Of a stretch of 64,000 nucleotides of DNA, positions 28,503 to 37,819 are shown piece by piece. The DNA is from Terrimicrobiaceae bacterium. Its GTDB lineage: Bacteria > Verrucomicrobiota > Verrucomicrobiia > Chthoniobacterales > Terrimicrobiaceae. Location of the stretch: NCBI GenBank assembly GCA_044342325.1, contig JBIIPZ010000002.1, forward strand, positions 79,138 to 143,137, given 5' to 3'. A program made the translations under genes and the position numbers. The notes beneath the pieces were generated by a model. It was given only the letters and a program-made list of their open reading frames with translations, was not told the DNA's origin and did no database searches. Each line of letters begins with the position of its first letter. Position 1 is the stretch's first letter.

Positions 28503-29113
28503 GTGGGAAAAAACTCGGCGTCATTGACTATGGCAGCGGCAACCTTCGAAGCGTCTGCAAGGCTCTCGAAGCCTCAGGATCATTTCCCACTCTTGTGACC
28601 GGGCCCTCCGGCCTCGCCGGATTGGATGCCATAGTTGTCCCCGGCGTGGGAGCCTTTGCGCATTGTGCGGAGAACCTCCGCGCTACCGGGCTGTGGAATC
28701 CGGTTCGCGAATGGGCGCTCTCCGGCCGTCCCTATCTTGGCATCTGCCTCGGCTACCAGCTTCTCTTCGAATCCAGCGAGGAATCCCCCGGTGTGGACGG
28801 GCTTGGTGTTCTGAAAGGGCGCGTCGTGCGATTTCCCGATGCCGGCCTCAAGGTTCCGCACATGGGCTGGAATACGCTCTCGAAAACTTCAGGTCCGCTC
28901 TACAACGGCCTCCCCGGCGATGTTTCCATGTATTTCGTGCATTCGTATTATCCCGTGCCCGCCGACTCCTCGTTGGTGAGCGCATGGAGTGACTACGGCG
29001 TTTCCTTCGCCGCCGGGGTCTCCTCGGGCGCACTGCACGCCGTGCAATTCCATCCTGAAAAAAGCCAGTCCGCCGGACTCGCTCTTCTTCGCAATTTTCT
29101 TTCGACACTATGA
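28499..29113 (+). CDS. hisH: Imidazole glycerol phosphate synthase glutaminase subunit
   Basis: DYGSGNL, PGVG, GICLG, PHMGWN, YFVHSY, QFHPEKS. Confidence 0.95.
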   Translation: MSGKKLGVIDYGSGNLRSVCKALEASGSFPTLVTGPSGLAGLDAIVVPGVGAFAHCAENLRATGLWNPVREWALSGRPYLGICLGYQLLFESSEESPGVDGLGVLKGRVVRFPDAGLKVPHMGWNTLSKTSGPLYNGLPGDVSMYFVHSYYPVPADSSLVSAWSDYGVSFAAGVSSGALHAVQFHPEKSQSAGLALLRNFLSTL

Positions 29114-29835
29114 TTCTTCTGCCAGCCATCGACCTCATGGGCGGCGAAGTCGTGCGCCTCAAGCGCGGACTTGCCACCGAGAAAACCGTTTATTCCTCCG
29201 ACCCTGTGGTATTCGCCAAAAAGTGGGAGGACTCCGGCGCTGATTGGCTCCACATCGTCGATCTCGACGCAGCTTTCACCGGTGAGCCGCAGAACCTTGA
29301 TGCCGTTGCAAAGATCTGCGCCGCCGTGAAGGTTCCCTGCGAACTCGGCGGCGGTATGCGTAGTGTGGAAAAAATCCAAGCCGCCTTCGATGCGGGCGTG
29401 AGCCGTGTCATCCTCGGCACCAAGGCTTGCCAATCTCCTGAAACCATCGCAGACATCTGCTCCCAATTCGGAGGCGAGCGCATAGCCGTGGGCATCGACG
29501 CCCACGGCGGCAAGGTTGCCGTGAAGGGATGGACCGAGACTACAGCCACATCAGCCACCGACCTCGCCCTCGCCGCGCAGCAAGCCGGTGCTGGAACCAT
29601 TATCTACACCGATATCGCCACCGACGGCATGCTCGAGGGGCCAAATTTCGCGGAGTTGGAAAAAATGCTTTCCCTGCTGAGCTGCAACCTCATAGCCAGC
29701 GGCGGAGTCTCCTGCGCCGACGACCTGCGCCGCCTGAACACCATGCCCAGCCTCTACGGAGCCATCATCGGCAAAGCCCTCTACGACGGCCGCATCACCG
29801 GAGACCTCCGCGCCATCCTCCAAAGCGCGCCCTAA
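29110..29835 (+). CDS. hisA: ProFAR isomerase
   Basis: PAIDL.GG.VVRL, HIVDLD, GGG.R, TDIATDG, ASGGV, IGKALY. Confidence 0.95.
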   Translation: MILLPAIDLMGGEVVRLKRGLATEKTVYSSDPVVFAKKWEDSGADWLHIVDLDAAFTGEPQNLDAVAKICAAVKVPCELGGGMRSVEKIQAAFDAGVSRVILGTKACQSPETIADICSQFGGERIAVGIDAHGGKVAVKGWTETTATSATDLALAAQQAGAGTIIYTDIATDGMLEGPNFAELEKMLSLLSCNLIASGGVSCADDLRRLNTMPSLYGAIIGKALYDGRITGDLRAILQSAP

Positions 29836-29900
29836 AAAAACACGCCTCGGAGGGTCGTCGTCTCGCATGACCCAAATTTCAAGCACGGAAGGCCTTTCAA

Positions 29901-30124
29901 GACAGGATTTACAGAATCAGTGGATAAAATCGGCCTCTGAGACAGAAAGACAAAATCTGGTGGAGGGAAAAGGGAAACGCCGCTTCTCTCCGACCCAGGG
30001 CGCTACGAGCCGGAAGCTCGCCTGAAAAATGGGCCATGCGAGGACGATTAACTCTCCTGCAATCACGAATCGTGCTGGCGCGCGTCCGAAATCCCCCAAT
30101 TTTTTTGCTGTCCATCATCCTGTC
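29901..30124. repeat. Non-coding element bounded by inverted GACAGGAT...ATCCTGTC (MITE/REP-like)
   Basis: GACAGGATTTACAGAAT at 29901; ATCCTGTC at 30117-30124; no credible ORF inside. Confidence 0.4.
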
Positions 30125-30204
30125 GAACCTCTGCGCCACAATTTGTCAAAATCGTCACATTCCTTCCGTTGATGCGATAAGGCCTTTTTGCGAATCCTTC
30201 CGTC

Positions 30205-31167
30205 ATGCCGATTCGCAAGGCCACGATTCACCAACCGCACGACAAGTTGGTCAAGTCGACCTTTTCGGACTCCGACAACGCTCGCGTCTTTTTCCAAGCC
30301 TACCTGCCGCGCAAGCTCGTCCGCCGCATGGATTGGAACTCGTTGACTCTGGTCAGTGGCACTTTCATCGACCCGGAATTCGCCGCCACCTCGAGCGACC
30401 TCCTCTTTACCGCGAAAATCGACGGCCAACCCGCCTTCCTCTACATCCTCTTCGAGCACCAGAACCAGGAAGACCCGCTCATCGGCCTGCGCCTGCTCAC
30501 CTACATGGTCCGCATCTGGAACGACTATCTCCGCAACAATCCCGGCGCAACGAAACTGCCGCCCATCCTCCCTCTCGTGCTCGCACAGGACAACAAACCC
30601 TGGAAAAGTTCCACCCGCTTCGCTGACTTGATCGACATCCCCGAAGGGGCAGGGGAGGACATCAAAAAACACATCCCCGACTTTGAATTCCAGCTCGTGG
30701 AGTTATACCGGATGCCATTTGAGAAAATCCTCGGCACACCGATGGGAATTCTCGCCCTGCGTGCCCTGAAAGCCGAAAAGCTCCATGCCCTGCTGGACGA
30801 CACGGTCTGGGACGAATCGCTGTTGATCCAGTTGCCATCGGCCTCTTTCGAGATGCTGATGCGCTACATCCTGGACCGCGACCTTGACAAGCCCGCCTTT
30901 CGTCGGAAATTACAAACGCTGCACAACCCAAAACTGAGCAAAAACGCCATGTCACTCGCCGAACAATTCCGCCAAGAAGGTCGTCAAGAAGGTCTGATCT
31001 TCTCCCAGCAACAAGCCATCCTCGAAGCGCTGGAAATCCGCTTCCAGCGAGTCCCGGCAGGCCTGCGCGAAGAGATTGAGTCGATCGCCGACTCCAAGAA
31101 ACTCACGCACCTTCTCAGGGCCGCCATAACCAGCGCCGACCTCGAATCGTTCGCCGCAGAACTCTAA
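30205..31167 (+). CDS. Rpn/YhgA-like recombination-promoting nuclease (putative transposase family)
   Basis: HQPHDKL.K, SDLLF, LFEHQ, LRLLTY, KLPPI.P; C-terminal MSLAEQFRQEGRQEG. Confidence 0.9.
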   Translation: MPIRKATIHQPHDKLVKSTFSDSDNARVFFQAYLPRKLVRRMDWNSLTLVSGTFIDPEFAATSSDLLFTAKIDGQPAFLYILFEHQNQEDPLIGLRLLTYMVRIWNDYLRNNPGATKLPPILPLVLAQDNKPWKSSTRFADLIDIPEGAGEDIKKHIPDFEFQLVELYRMPFEKILGTPMGILALRALKAEKLHALLDDTVWDESLLIQLPSASFEMLMRYILDRDLDKPAFRRKLQTLHNPKLSKNAMSLAEQFRQEGRQEGLIFSQQQAILEALEIRFQRVPAGLREEIESIADSKKLTHLLRAAITSADLESFAAEL

Positions 31168-31251
31168 AACCCACTGGCCTATGCGGCGGAAACTTGAGGC
31201 GCCGACGGCGAGACTTTCCTACGATCTGGCAAATCCAGACGGGATTTTATC

Positions 31252-31422
31252 TTAGCGGGTGCCTTGCATGGCCGAGCCGAGGGCTCCTGCGCCTTCCCAA
31301 GAGGCAGGGCGATTCCACGGAAGAGAGCCTTCGGCGTGGGCGGCAGATCGTGGTTCGTCTGTGGCGCAACCGGTCAAGAAGGCGGCCGAGAGGATGAGGA
31401 GGCTAAAAAGCGACACTCTCAT
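31252..31422 (-). CDS. Small lipoprotein
   Basis: Lipobox LTGC after a hydrophobic stretch; PWNRPASWEG motif. Confidence 0.7.
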   Translation of the reverse strand: MRVSLFSLLILSAAFLTGCATDEPRSAAHAEGSLPWNRPASWEGAGALGSAMQGTR

Positions 31423-32215
31423 TTTGAGCCGTTTGGTAAACGATGTCATCGCCGGGTTGAATACTGAGTCCGCGAGCAAGGCTCGCTGGGATGATGTCTG
31501 CAATGGAGGTGGAAGGTTCGACCGTGGTGGTGCGGACTTTGCCGATGAGTGTGCTGCCGCGTTTTACGAGAAATTCCATATTGCTCTCGATGCCGCTTTT
31601 ATTGCCGAGGCTCAGGACGACGAAGTTCCACGCTTGATTCACGGCTAGGACGCGGCCAGTGACGCGGGTGAGACCTTGCTTGGTTTCTTTTTCGCGGGCG
31701 GCTTTTTGGAGTGAAGCTAGTTTGCCTTCGAGGTTCTTGTTATCCTCGTCGAGTTTGGTGTTCAGGGTTTCAAGCTCGGTGATGCGGGCTTTGTCTTCCT
31801 CGGTTGAGACTGGCGTTTGCACGGCGGTAGCCGCTGCGGCGATTTGAGATTCGAGTTGAGTGATCTTTTCCCCCTTGGTGAGGATATCCGTATTTGCCGT
31901 GGCCAACTCTCCTTCAGCCTTGGTTAGTTTTGATTGGGCCTCAGTGAGCTGGGTTGTTTTCGCGGTGACTTCGCTCTTTTGCTTCGCGAGGTCGGAGTCG
32001 AGGCTCTGCTTCTGGGCGGTGAGCTCGGAAATGGTCTTATCTGCCTCGACGTATTTTTTGATCTCTCCCTCGAGGTTGGTTTTGACTGTGGCGGTCTCTT
32101 GCTGGGATGCCGCCAAGTCCTCCTTGGTTTTAAGGAGGTGGCTTCTATTTACAAAGCCCACACCGGCGGATGCCGCAGCGAGAACAATTGAGACAATGAT
32201 GAGAATTTTTCCCAT
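31403..32215 (-). CDS. Membrane-anchored coiled-coil protein with C-terminal beta-domain
   Basis: N-terminal TM, about 150 aa of heptad-rich sequence, then GRVLAVNQAWNFVVL...IQPGD. Confidence 0.75.
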   Translation of the reverse strand: MGKILIIVSIVLAAASAGVGFVNRSHLLKTKEDLAASQQETATVKTNLEGEIKKYVEADKTISELTAQKQSLDSDLAKQKSEVTAKTTQLTEAQSKLTKAEGELATANTDILTKGEKITQLESQIAAAATAVQTPVSTEEDKARITELETLNTKLDEDNKNLEGKLASLQKAAREKETKQGLTRVTGRVLAVNQAWNFVVLSLGNKSGIESNMEFLVKRGSTLIGKVRTTTVEPSTSIADIIPASLARGLSIQPGDDIVYQTAQNESVAF

Positions 32216-32321
32216 GAAATGGAGGAATTGTGAAGGCAGTGTTTGTAGTAGGGGTGCGGAGTCGGGGCAAGCGGGAATTTAAAAATCTCGTCAGACCTTT
32301 TTTCGCGATGAAGTGCTGGGG

Positions 32322-34595
32322 TCAGGCGGGTTTGAAATCCACCTGCTGCTTGAACATATCCACGCGGTCGACTGCGACCTCCAAAAAGTCGCCTACCTGA
32401 TAGACTTTCTTGGTTTTTCGTCCGTAGAGGCGTCCGCGTGAGGGTTCGTGGATGTAGAAGTCACCTTCGAGTGAGGAAACATGGACGAGGCCGGTGAGCA
32501 GAAACTCGGGCAGTTCGATGAAGAAGCCGAAATTCCGAACATCCATAATCATACCGCGGAATTTCTGGCGTTTGCCTTCGGTGGTCTGCAGTTGGAAGAA
32601 CTCGAGTTTTTTGAGGCGCACGGATTCCTTCTCGGCATCGGCTGCCGAGCGTTCGGTGGTGGAGATATGTTCGGCCATGGCACCGAGGGCGGAGGAATCC
32701 GGGCCGCTCTTGGTGAGGCCGAGTTGGCGCTCGAGGGCGCGGTGCACGATGAGGTCGCTGTAGCGCCGGATCGGGCTGGTGAAGTGGGTGTAGTCCGGCT
32801 TCGAGAGTCCGTAGTGGCCGAGTGGTTCGGGAAAATAGCGGGCGCGCTTGAGGCTTTTCAGCAGGGCGATCTTCACGGCGGACGCAAAGGGTTTGCCATG
32901 CAGGGAGGCGAGGAGTTTTTGAAGCTCGGGACGGTGGGTGAGGTCGCCGGCGCGGATGCCTTGCGAGGCGGCAAATTCCCGAAACTCGGCGAGTTTCTCG
33001 GGGTCAGGCTTCTCGTGGATGCGGTATACGGCGGGTTGTTTCCGGTGCTTGAGTTCGCGTGCAACGAGCTCGTTCGCGAGGAGCATGAGTTCCTCGATGA
33101 GTTGGTGGGAAATGTCGTTCTCCACCCGCTCGAGCCTCACGGGGCGGCCGGTTTCGTCGAGCCAGACTTTGATTTCTGGGAACTCCAGATCGAGGGACCC
33201 GGCGGCAAAGCGTTTTTTGCGCAGCAGGGAGGAGAGCTCCCATGCGGTGTGGACGCGCTCGGAGAGGAGGTCGCCTTTTTTCGGCGGCTTCTCGAGAATG
33301 GCAAACGCCTGTTTGTAGGTCAGCCGCGCGGCGCTGCGGATCACCGTTTTGGCGAAGCGGACGGATTGGATTTTTCCGCTCTGGAGGATTTCGGCAAAGA
33401 CGGAGAACGCCATGCGGTCGACCTGCGGCTTGAGGCTGCAGATGCCATTGCTGAGCGCTTCGGGTAGCATCGGGATGACCCTGTCCGCCAGATAAACGCT
33501 ATTCCCCCGCGTGTGCGCCTCGCGGTCGAGGGCGGACTTGGGTTTCACATAGTGGGACACATCGGCGATATGGATGCCGACTCGCCATCCGCCGGGGATG
33601 CGCTCCACATTGATGGCGTCGTCGAAGTCCTTCGCGTCATCCGGGTCGATGGTGAAAATAAACCGGTCGCGCAAATCCTCGCGCTTGGCGGCTTCGGCTG
33701 GATCGACTTCTGGGGAGACGCGCTCGGCCTCGCGCAGGACATCATGGGGAAATTTCAGTGGCAGCCTGTGTTTGCGAATGATCGAGAGCATATCGACGCC
33801 CGGCGCTCCTGTCGGCCCGAGGATTTCGATGAGGTGTCCTTCGGGGTTCACATGGCGCGATGGCCAGGAGTCGAGCTTCGCCACCACCTTGTCGCCGACC
33901 TTCGCCAGAAGCGGCGGTGCGGGCGGTTTGACATAGAGGTTCTGGACGAATCGCGGATCGTCCGCGACGACATAGAAAAAGTTTTTCGAGCGCTGGAGCG
34001 TGCCGACGATGGTTTCGTTGGCGCGGGTGAGGACGCGGATGACCTTGCCTTCGCGGCGTTTCTCGGGTTTGGAAAAAAAGCCCGGTTCTTCGGGTTGACT
34101 TGATATGCGTGCCACGACGCGGTCGCCGTGCATGGCGGTGAAGCAATTCTCGGCCCGGATGTAGAGGTCTGGCTCGCCCTGCTTTTCATTGAGCACATGT
34201 GCTCCGCCATTGGCGTGCATTTGGAGGACTCCTGTAAAGAGATCGGCTTCCTTGGGGATGATATAGCGGTCGCGGCGTATGCGGGCGATGTCGCCGGCCA
34301 TCTCCATTTCCTTCAAAAGGTGGAGGAGCTTGCCTTTCCAAGCCGGCGGGAGGTCCAGGGCGGAAGCGATGCCAGCGGCGTCCAGCGGGCGTTGCGAGAT
34401 TTGACGGAGAATCGAAGCGCGGAGTTTCTGCGAGGGCTCGCCGGTGGATTTTTGGAATGTGCCGCTGCGTTTCGATGGCTTCGCGGCGGCAGGCTTTGCT
34501 GCGCCTTGGCGCGGCGATTTGCGGGAATCGGCTGTCTTACTGTGGGAACGACTTTGCAAAGGCTTGTTCCGTCCGCTTTTTTTGGGATTCGGCAT
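32322..34595 (-). CDS. rnr: Ribonuclease R
   Basis: TIDPDDAKDFDDA, HIADVS, HFTSPIRRYSD, C-terminal S1 domain. Confidence 0.95.
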   Translation of the reverse strand: MPNPKKSGRNKPLQSRSHSKTADSRKSPRQGAAKPAAAKPSKRSGTFQKSTGEPSQKLRASILRQISQRPLDAAGIASALDLPPAWKGKLLHLLKEMEMAGDIARIRRDRYIIPKEADLFTGVLQMHANGGAHVLNEKQGEPDLYIRAENCFTAMHGDRVVARISSQPEEPGFFSKPEKRREGKVIRVLTRANETIVGTLQRSKNFFYVVADDPRFVQNLYVKPPAPPLLAKVGDKVVAKLDSWPSRHVNPEGHLIEILGPTGAPGVDMLSIIRKHRLPLKFPHDVLREAERVSPEVDPAEAAKREDLRDRFIFTIDPDDAKDFDDAINVERIPGGWRVGIHIADVSHYVKPKSALDREAHTRGNSVYLADRVIPMLPEALSNGICSLKPQVDRMAFSVFAEILQSGKIQSVRFAKTVIRSAARLTYKQAFAILEKPPKKGDLLSERVHTAWELSSLLRKKRFAAGSLDLEFPEIKVWLDETGRPVRLERVENDISHQLIEELMLLANELVARELKHRKQPAVYRIHEKPDPEKLAEFREFAASQGIRAGDLTHRPELQKLLASLHGKPFASAVKIALLKSLKRARYFPEPLGHYGLSKPDYTHFTSPIRRYSDLIVHRALERQLGLTKSGPDSSALGAMAEHISTTERSAADAEKESVRLKKLEFFQLQTTEGKRQKFRGMIMDVRNFGFFIELPEFLLTGLVHVSSLEGDFYIHEPSRGRLYGRKTKKVYQVGDFLEVAVDRVDMFKQQVDFKPA

Positions 34596-34684
34596 GACCC
34601 ATCCATCGCCCCGCTGGTTGGCGCTGGCAAGCCCCGCCTTTTTCCAATCGACTCAGGCGGCCTGCATGGCGAAAGTGGCGGTAT

Positions 34685-35101
34685 ATGAAAAATGTGCGCA
34701 TCGTCGAACAACTCGTCATCTTTATCGCCAACCGCCCGGGAACTCTCGCGGAGCTGTGCGATGCCCTCGGAGATGCGAATATCAATATCTATGGCCTCAC
34801 CGTTATCGACACGGTGGACCACGCCTCTGTTCGTATGGTGGTGAGCGATACGCAGAAGGCGATCGCGTTGCTTGAATCCCGTGGCACCTTGGTTCTGGAT
34901 AGCGAAGTGCTTATGATTGAAAATGACAACCGCCCGGGCAGCTTGTCGCGTGTGGCGCGTCTTCTTTCAAAATCCAAGGTCAATATCGAATACGCCTACC
35001 TCGCATCCATGCCCAGCGCCAAGAAGGGTCTGCTTATCCTGCGCGTCAGCGATGTGAAGAAGGCTTTCAAACTTCTTTCCGCAGCTGACTCGGAGGATTG
35101 A
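34685..35101 (+). CDS. Tandem ACT-domain protein
   Basis: NRPGTL...INI; NRPGSL...VNIEYAY. Confidence 0.85.
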   Translation: MKNVRIVEQLVIFIANRPGTLAELCDALGDANINIYGLTVIDTVDHASVRMVVSDTQKAIALLESRGTLVLDSEVLMIENDNRPGSLSRVARLLSKSKVNIEYAYLASMPSAKKGLLILRVSDVKKAFKLLSAADSED

Positions 35102-35854
35102 TCACAGCCCTGTCGGGTGATCGATAAATTGCCAAGGTAAGGCGAGCTTACCTGCCAAGAGTTCCGCTGCGGCTTTGACTCCGAAGGTCTCTGTGGCGTA
35201 GTGGCCCGCGTAAAAGAGATTCACCCCCAACTCCTCCGCTGCCGTGTAGGACCAATGCGGCCCCTCGCCGGTGATAAATGTGTCCACACCGGCTTCGGCG
35301 GCTTTCGCCACATCGCCGCCAGCTCCTCCGGTCACGATTCCGATGCGCCGCGCCAGCACAGGTCCGCCCGGAGCCAGATGCACCGCCCCGCCGACGGCTC
35401 TCGCCAAGTGGTCCCGCAAGACCTCCCGGCTCACTTCGGCTTCAAATTTCAATCCCACATTCTGGCCTGCCGTCGGAAAAAACGGCACGCCATTTTCGAG
35501 TCCGAGGGCCGCAGCAAGAAGTGCGTTGTTGCCGATCTCTGGATGGATATCCAACGGCAGATGGGCGCTGTAAACCGCCATGTCAGCCTCCATGAGCAAG
35601 CGCATCTTCCGGTAGGCCGCGCCGGTGACCCTCTGCGCTCCGCTCCAGAAAAGACCATGGTGCACGATTAAAAAATCCACTCCGGCCTGGGCCGCTTCGC
35701 AGATCACGGCCTCAGTGGCATCCACCGCTGCTCCAATTCGCGTCAGACCCCCCGAGTTCTCGACCTGAAGTCCATTCATGGCCTGTGGAAAGTCCCCGAC
35801 CTCTCGTGTGCGCAGGAGGTCATCAAGGTAGCGAACGGCTTCGGTAAGGTGCAT
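35102..35854 (-). CDS. Nif3-like dinuclear metal centre protein
   Basis: NGLQVE, VHHGLFW, HLPLD.HP..GNN, ITGE, GHYATE. Confidence 0.92.
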   Translation of the reverse strand: MHLTEAVRYLDDLLRTREVGDFPQAMNGLQVENSGGLTRIGAAVDATEAVICEAAQAGVDFLIVHHGLFWSGAQRVTGAAYRKMRLLMEADMAVYSAHLPLDIHPEIGNNALLAAALGLENGVPFFPTAGQNVGLKFEAEVSREVLRDHLARAVGGAVHLAPGGPVLARRIGIVTGGAGGDVAKAAEAGVDTFITGEGPHWSYTAAEELGVNLFYAGHYATETFGVKAAAELLAGKLALPWQFIDHPTGL

Positions 35855-35939
35855 GGGAAAACGACTACACCCGAACAAGCGCCGATCGAAGTTTTTTCCC
35901 GCGATCCTTGAGCATTCAATTCTCAGAAAAAGCAAACGC

Positions 35940-36099
35940 TTGACGACGGTGCGCGAAGTTTTACTTTCCGACCCGTTGGTTCGCTGGGTCGGCATTCCAA
36001 CAACAGGTCTTCTCAGTCTCCCGTCGGTAGGGAGGGCGCCGCTGGTGTCCGCCGATTCGGGTAATTCGAAAATCAAACCCCCTCCCAGAACGCAGGGAA
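35940..36099 (+). promoter_or_regulatory. Promoter plus structured 5' leader of the HAD gene
   Basis: TTGACG (35940-45)-N16-TACTTT (35962-67); several hairpins follow in about 125 nt of leader. Confidence 0.45.
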
Positions 36100-36999
36100 A
36101 TGAACCGTAAGGGATATCTTTTGGATATGGATGGGGTTATCTATCGGGAGAACCAGCTTTTGCCAGGGGCGGCGGAGCTTGTTGCTCACTTTTTAAAGAC
36201 GGCTACGCCATTCGTCTTTGTCACAAACAACTCGGCTCCGACTCCGGAGGATTTGGTCGTTAAGCTCCGTCATCTTGGTGTCGACGACCTTTCGCCCCGA
36301 CACTTCTACACCTCGGCACAAAATACCGCCGATTTTCTTGCCGAGACTAATCCTCGCTGCACCGCATTCGTGCTCGGCGAGGCGGGCCTCAGCTCGGCCC
36401 TCAACAACTCAAAAATCCCCAACGATAGCATCCATCCCACCTATGTGATCGTTGGCGAGGGTTCGCCTTCTGCCGAGAAAATTGCTAAGGCGCATGAGCT
36501 GATCGAAAAAGGGGCCAAGCTGGTTTGCTCGAATCCCGATTACTGGTGTCCTGTCAAAAGCACGGTGACCCGTCCAGGTGCCGGAGCGCTTGCAGCCTAT
36601 CTGGAAGCCAGCACTGGCCGGCGTGCCTACTACCTTGGTAAGCCGAATCCCTATATGTTTTTCCGCGCTCGCAGGCTGCTGCACCGCCAGACACATGAGG
36701 TGGTGATGGTCGGCGATACGATGGAGACCGATATCCGGGGCGCGATCGAGATCGGCATGCAGGCTTGCCTTGTTCTCACAGGCTCCACGCGCTTGGAGGA
36801 CTTGGTGGACTATGTTTACCAGCCGACCTGCGTGATGTCCGGCGTGGACCAATTGCTGGCGGAAATCAAGGGAGAGGGATCCACGGCGAGGCTCCAAGCA
36901 TCTTCCAGTGCGGCTTCCGGAGCAAGCCTGCAACAAGGCGAGCGTCACCACACGGAGCATCCCCTCCGCTCCAGACCCCGCCCGGCCATGACGCGTTGA
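36100..36999 (+). CDS. HAD-IIA (NagD-like) phosphatase
   Basis: DMDGV, TNNS, NPD, GKPNP, GDTMETDI, VLTG. Confidence 0.92.
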   Translation: MNRKGYLLDMDGVIYRENQLLPGAAELVAHFLKTATPFVFVTNNSAPTPEDLVVKLRHLGVDDLSPRHFYTSAQNTADFLAETNPRCTAFVLGEAGLSSALNNSKIPNDSIHPTYVIVGEGSPSAEKIAKAHELIEKGAKLVCSNPDYWCPVKSTVTRPGAGALAAYLEASTGRRAYYLGKPNPYMFFRARRLLHRQTHEVVMVGDTMETDIRGAIEIGMQACLVLTGSTRLEDLVDYVYQPTCVMSGVDQLLAEIKGEGSTARLQASSSAASGASLQQGERHHTEHPLRSRPRPAMTR

Positions 37000-37012
37000 T
37001 CTTGGAGAATAT

Positions 37013-37819
37013 ATGTATCGAGCATTTCACATATTGGACGAGCCGACGGGTTCCGATGCGCGTTATCGGCGGGCTTTGAGGATGCGCAATCAACTCAGCT
37101 ATTCGCCATTCACCTCTCGTCGGCGGAGAATCGTCGAAGAGTTTGGAAAAATCCTGCGAGCAAGCATTGCCAAGGGCCTTATTGCCGGCAAGGCCATCGC
37201 CCTTCCGGCCTTGCTCATCCAAGGATTAATCCTCCTCATCGTATGCGGGTATTATTTTTACCCGCCGGCGCGACAAATCATCGAAGTCGCCGTGAACCTG
37301 AAAAAAGAAGGCGGGTTCTTCTTTTCCTTCTTCGGCACGGCCAGTATCGCCGTCTTTGCGGAGTGCCTGCGCGCCGTCTTTGGGGATGCCGAGTCGCGTC
37401 GGAGGCTCCTGCCGAATTGCGCCTATGGGTTTCTTGTTTTCGGAGTTTTGGGCATTCTCACCGATACATTCTATATTCTGCAAAAAAGCCTCTGGTCCGG
37501 CCTGCCATCCACGCTGCAGGTCGTGGCCAAGGTCGCAACAGATCAATTCGTGTGGACCGTCTTCTTTGCGAATCCCTACCAGACGCTGCTCTATGTCTTC
37601 AAGGATTGCGGCTTCAATTTCGAGTCGTTCGCGCAGAGGTTGAATCCATTTAAAATATTTTATGTCAGAGAAATGCTGGCCGTTCTTTTAACGAACTGGG
37701 TTTTCTGGATTCCCACAGCTGCCATCCTCTACAGCCTCCCGCTCGACCTCCAGTTCGTGATTTCCCGCCTGGCGATCGTGATCTGGATCCTCCTCCTCAC
37801 AACCATGACAAAGAAATGA
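37013..37819 (+). CDS. Mpv17/PMP22-like membrane protein
   Basis: Multiple TMs; KVATDQFVW..FFANP and NWVFWIP...LP..LQ resemble Mpv17/PMP22 motifs; start uncertain. Confidence 0.65.
   Translation: MYRAFHILDEPTGSDARYRRALRMRNQLSYSPFTSRRRRIVEEFGKILRASIAKGLIAGKAIALPALLIQGLILLIVCGYYFYPPARQIIEVAVNLKKEGGFFFSFFGTASIAVFAECLRAVFGDAESRRRLLPNCAYGFLVFGVLGILTDTFYILQKSLWSGLPSTLQVVAKVATDQFVWTVFFANPYQTLLYVFKDCGFNFESFAQRLNPFKIFYVREMLAVLLTNWVFWIPTAAILYSLPLDLQFVISRLAIVIWILLLTTMTKK

Noticed and set aside
30205..31167. Rpn gene as an active IS transposase
   Set aside because: No enclosing terminal repeats or target duplication; the family is a PD-(D/E)XK nuclease without demonstrated transposition
35968..36075. 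Match to ykkC or glutamine riboswitches
   Set aside because: Their conserved cores were not found; kept only as an unclassified structured leader
35855..36076. N-terminal extension of the Nif3 ORF
   Set aside because: It covers the divergent promoter and leader; family similarity starts at 35854
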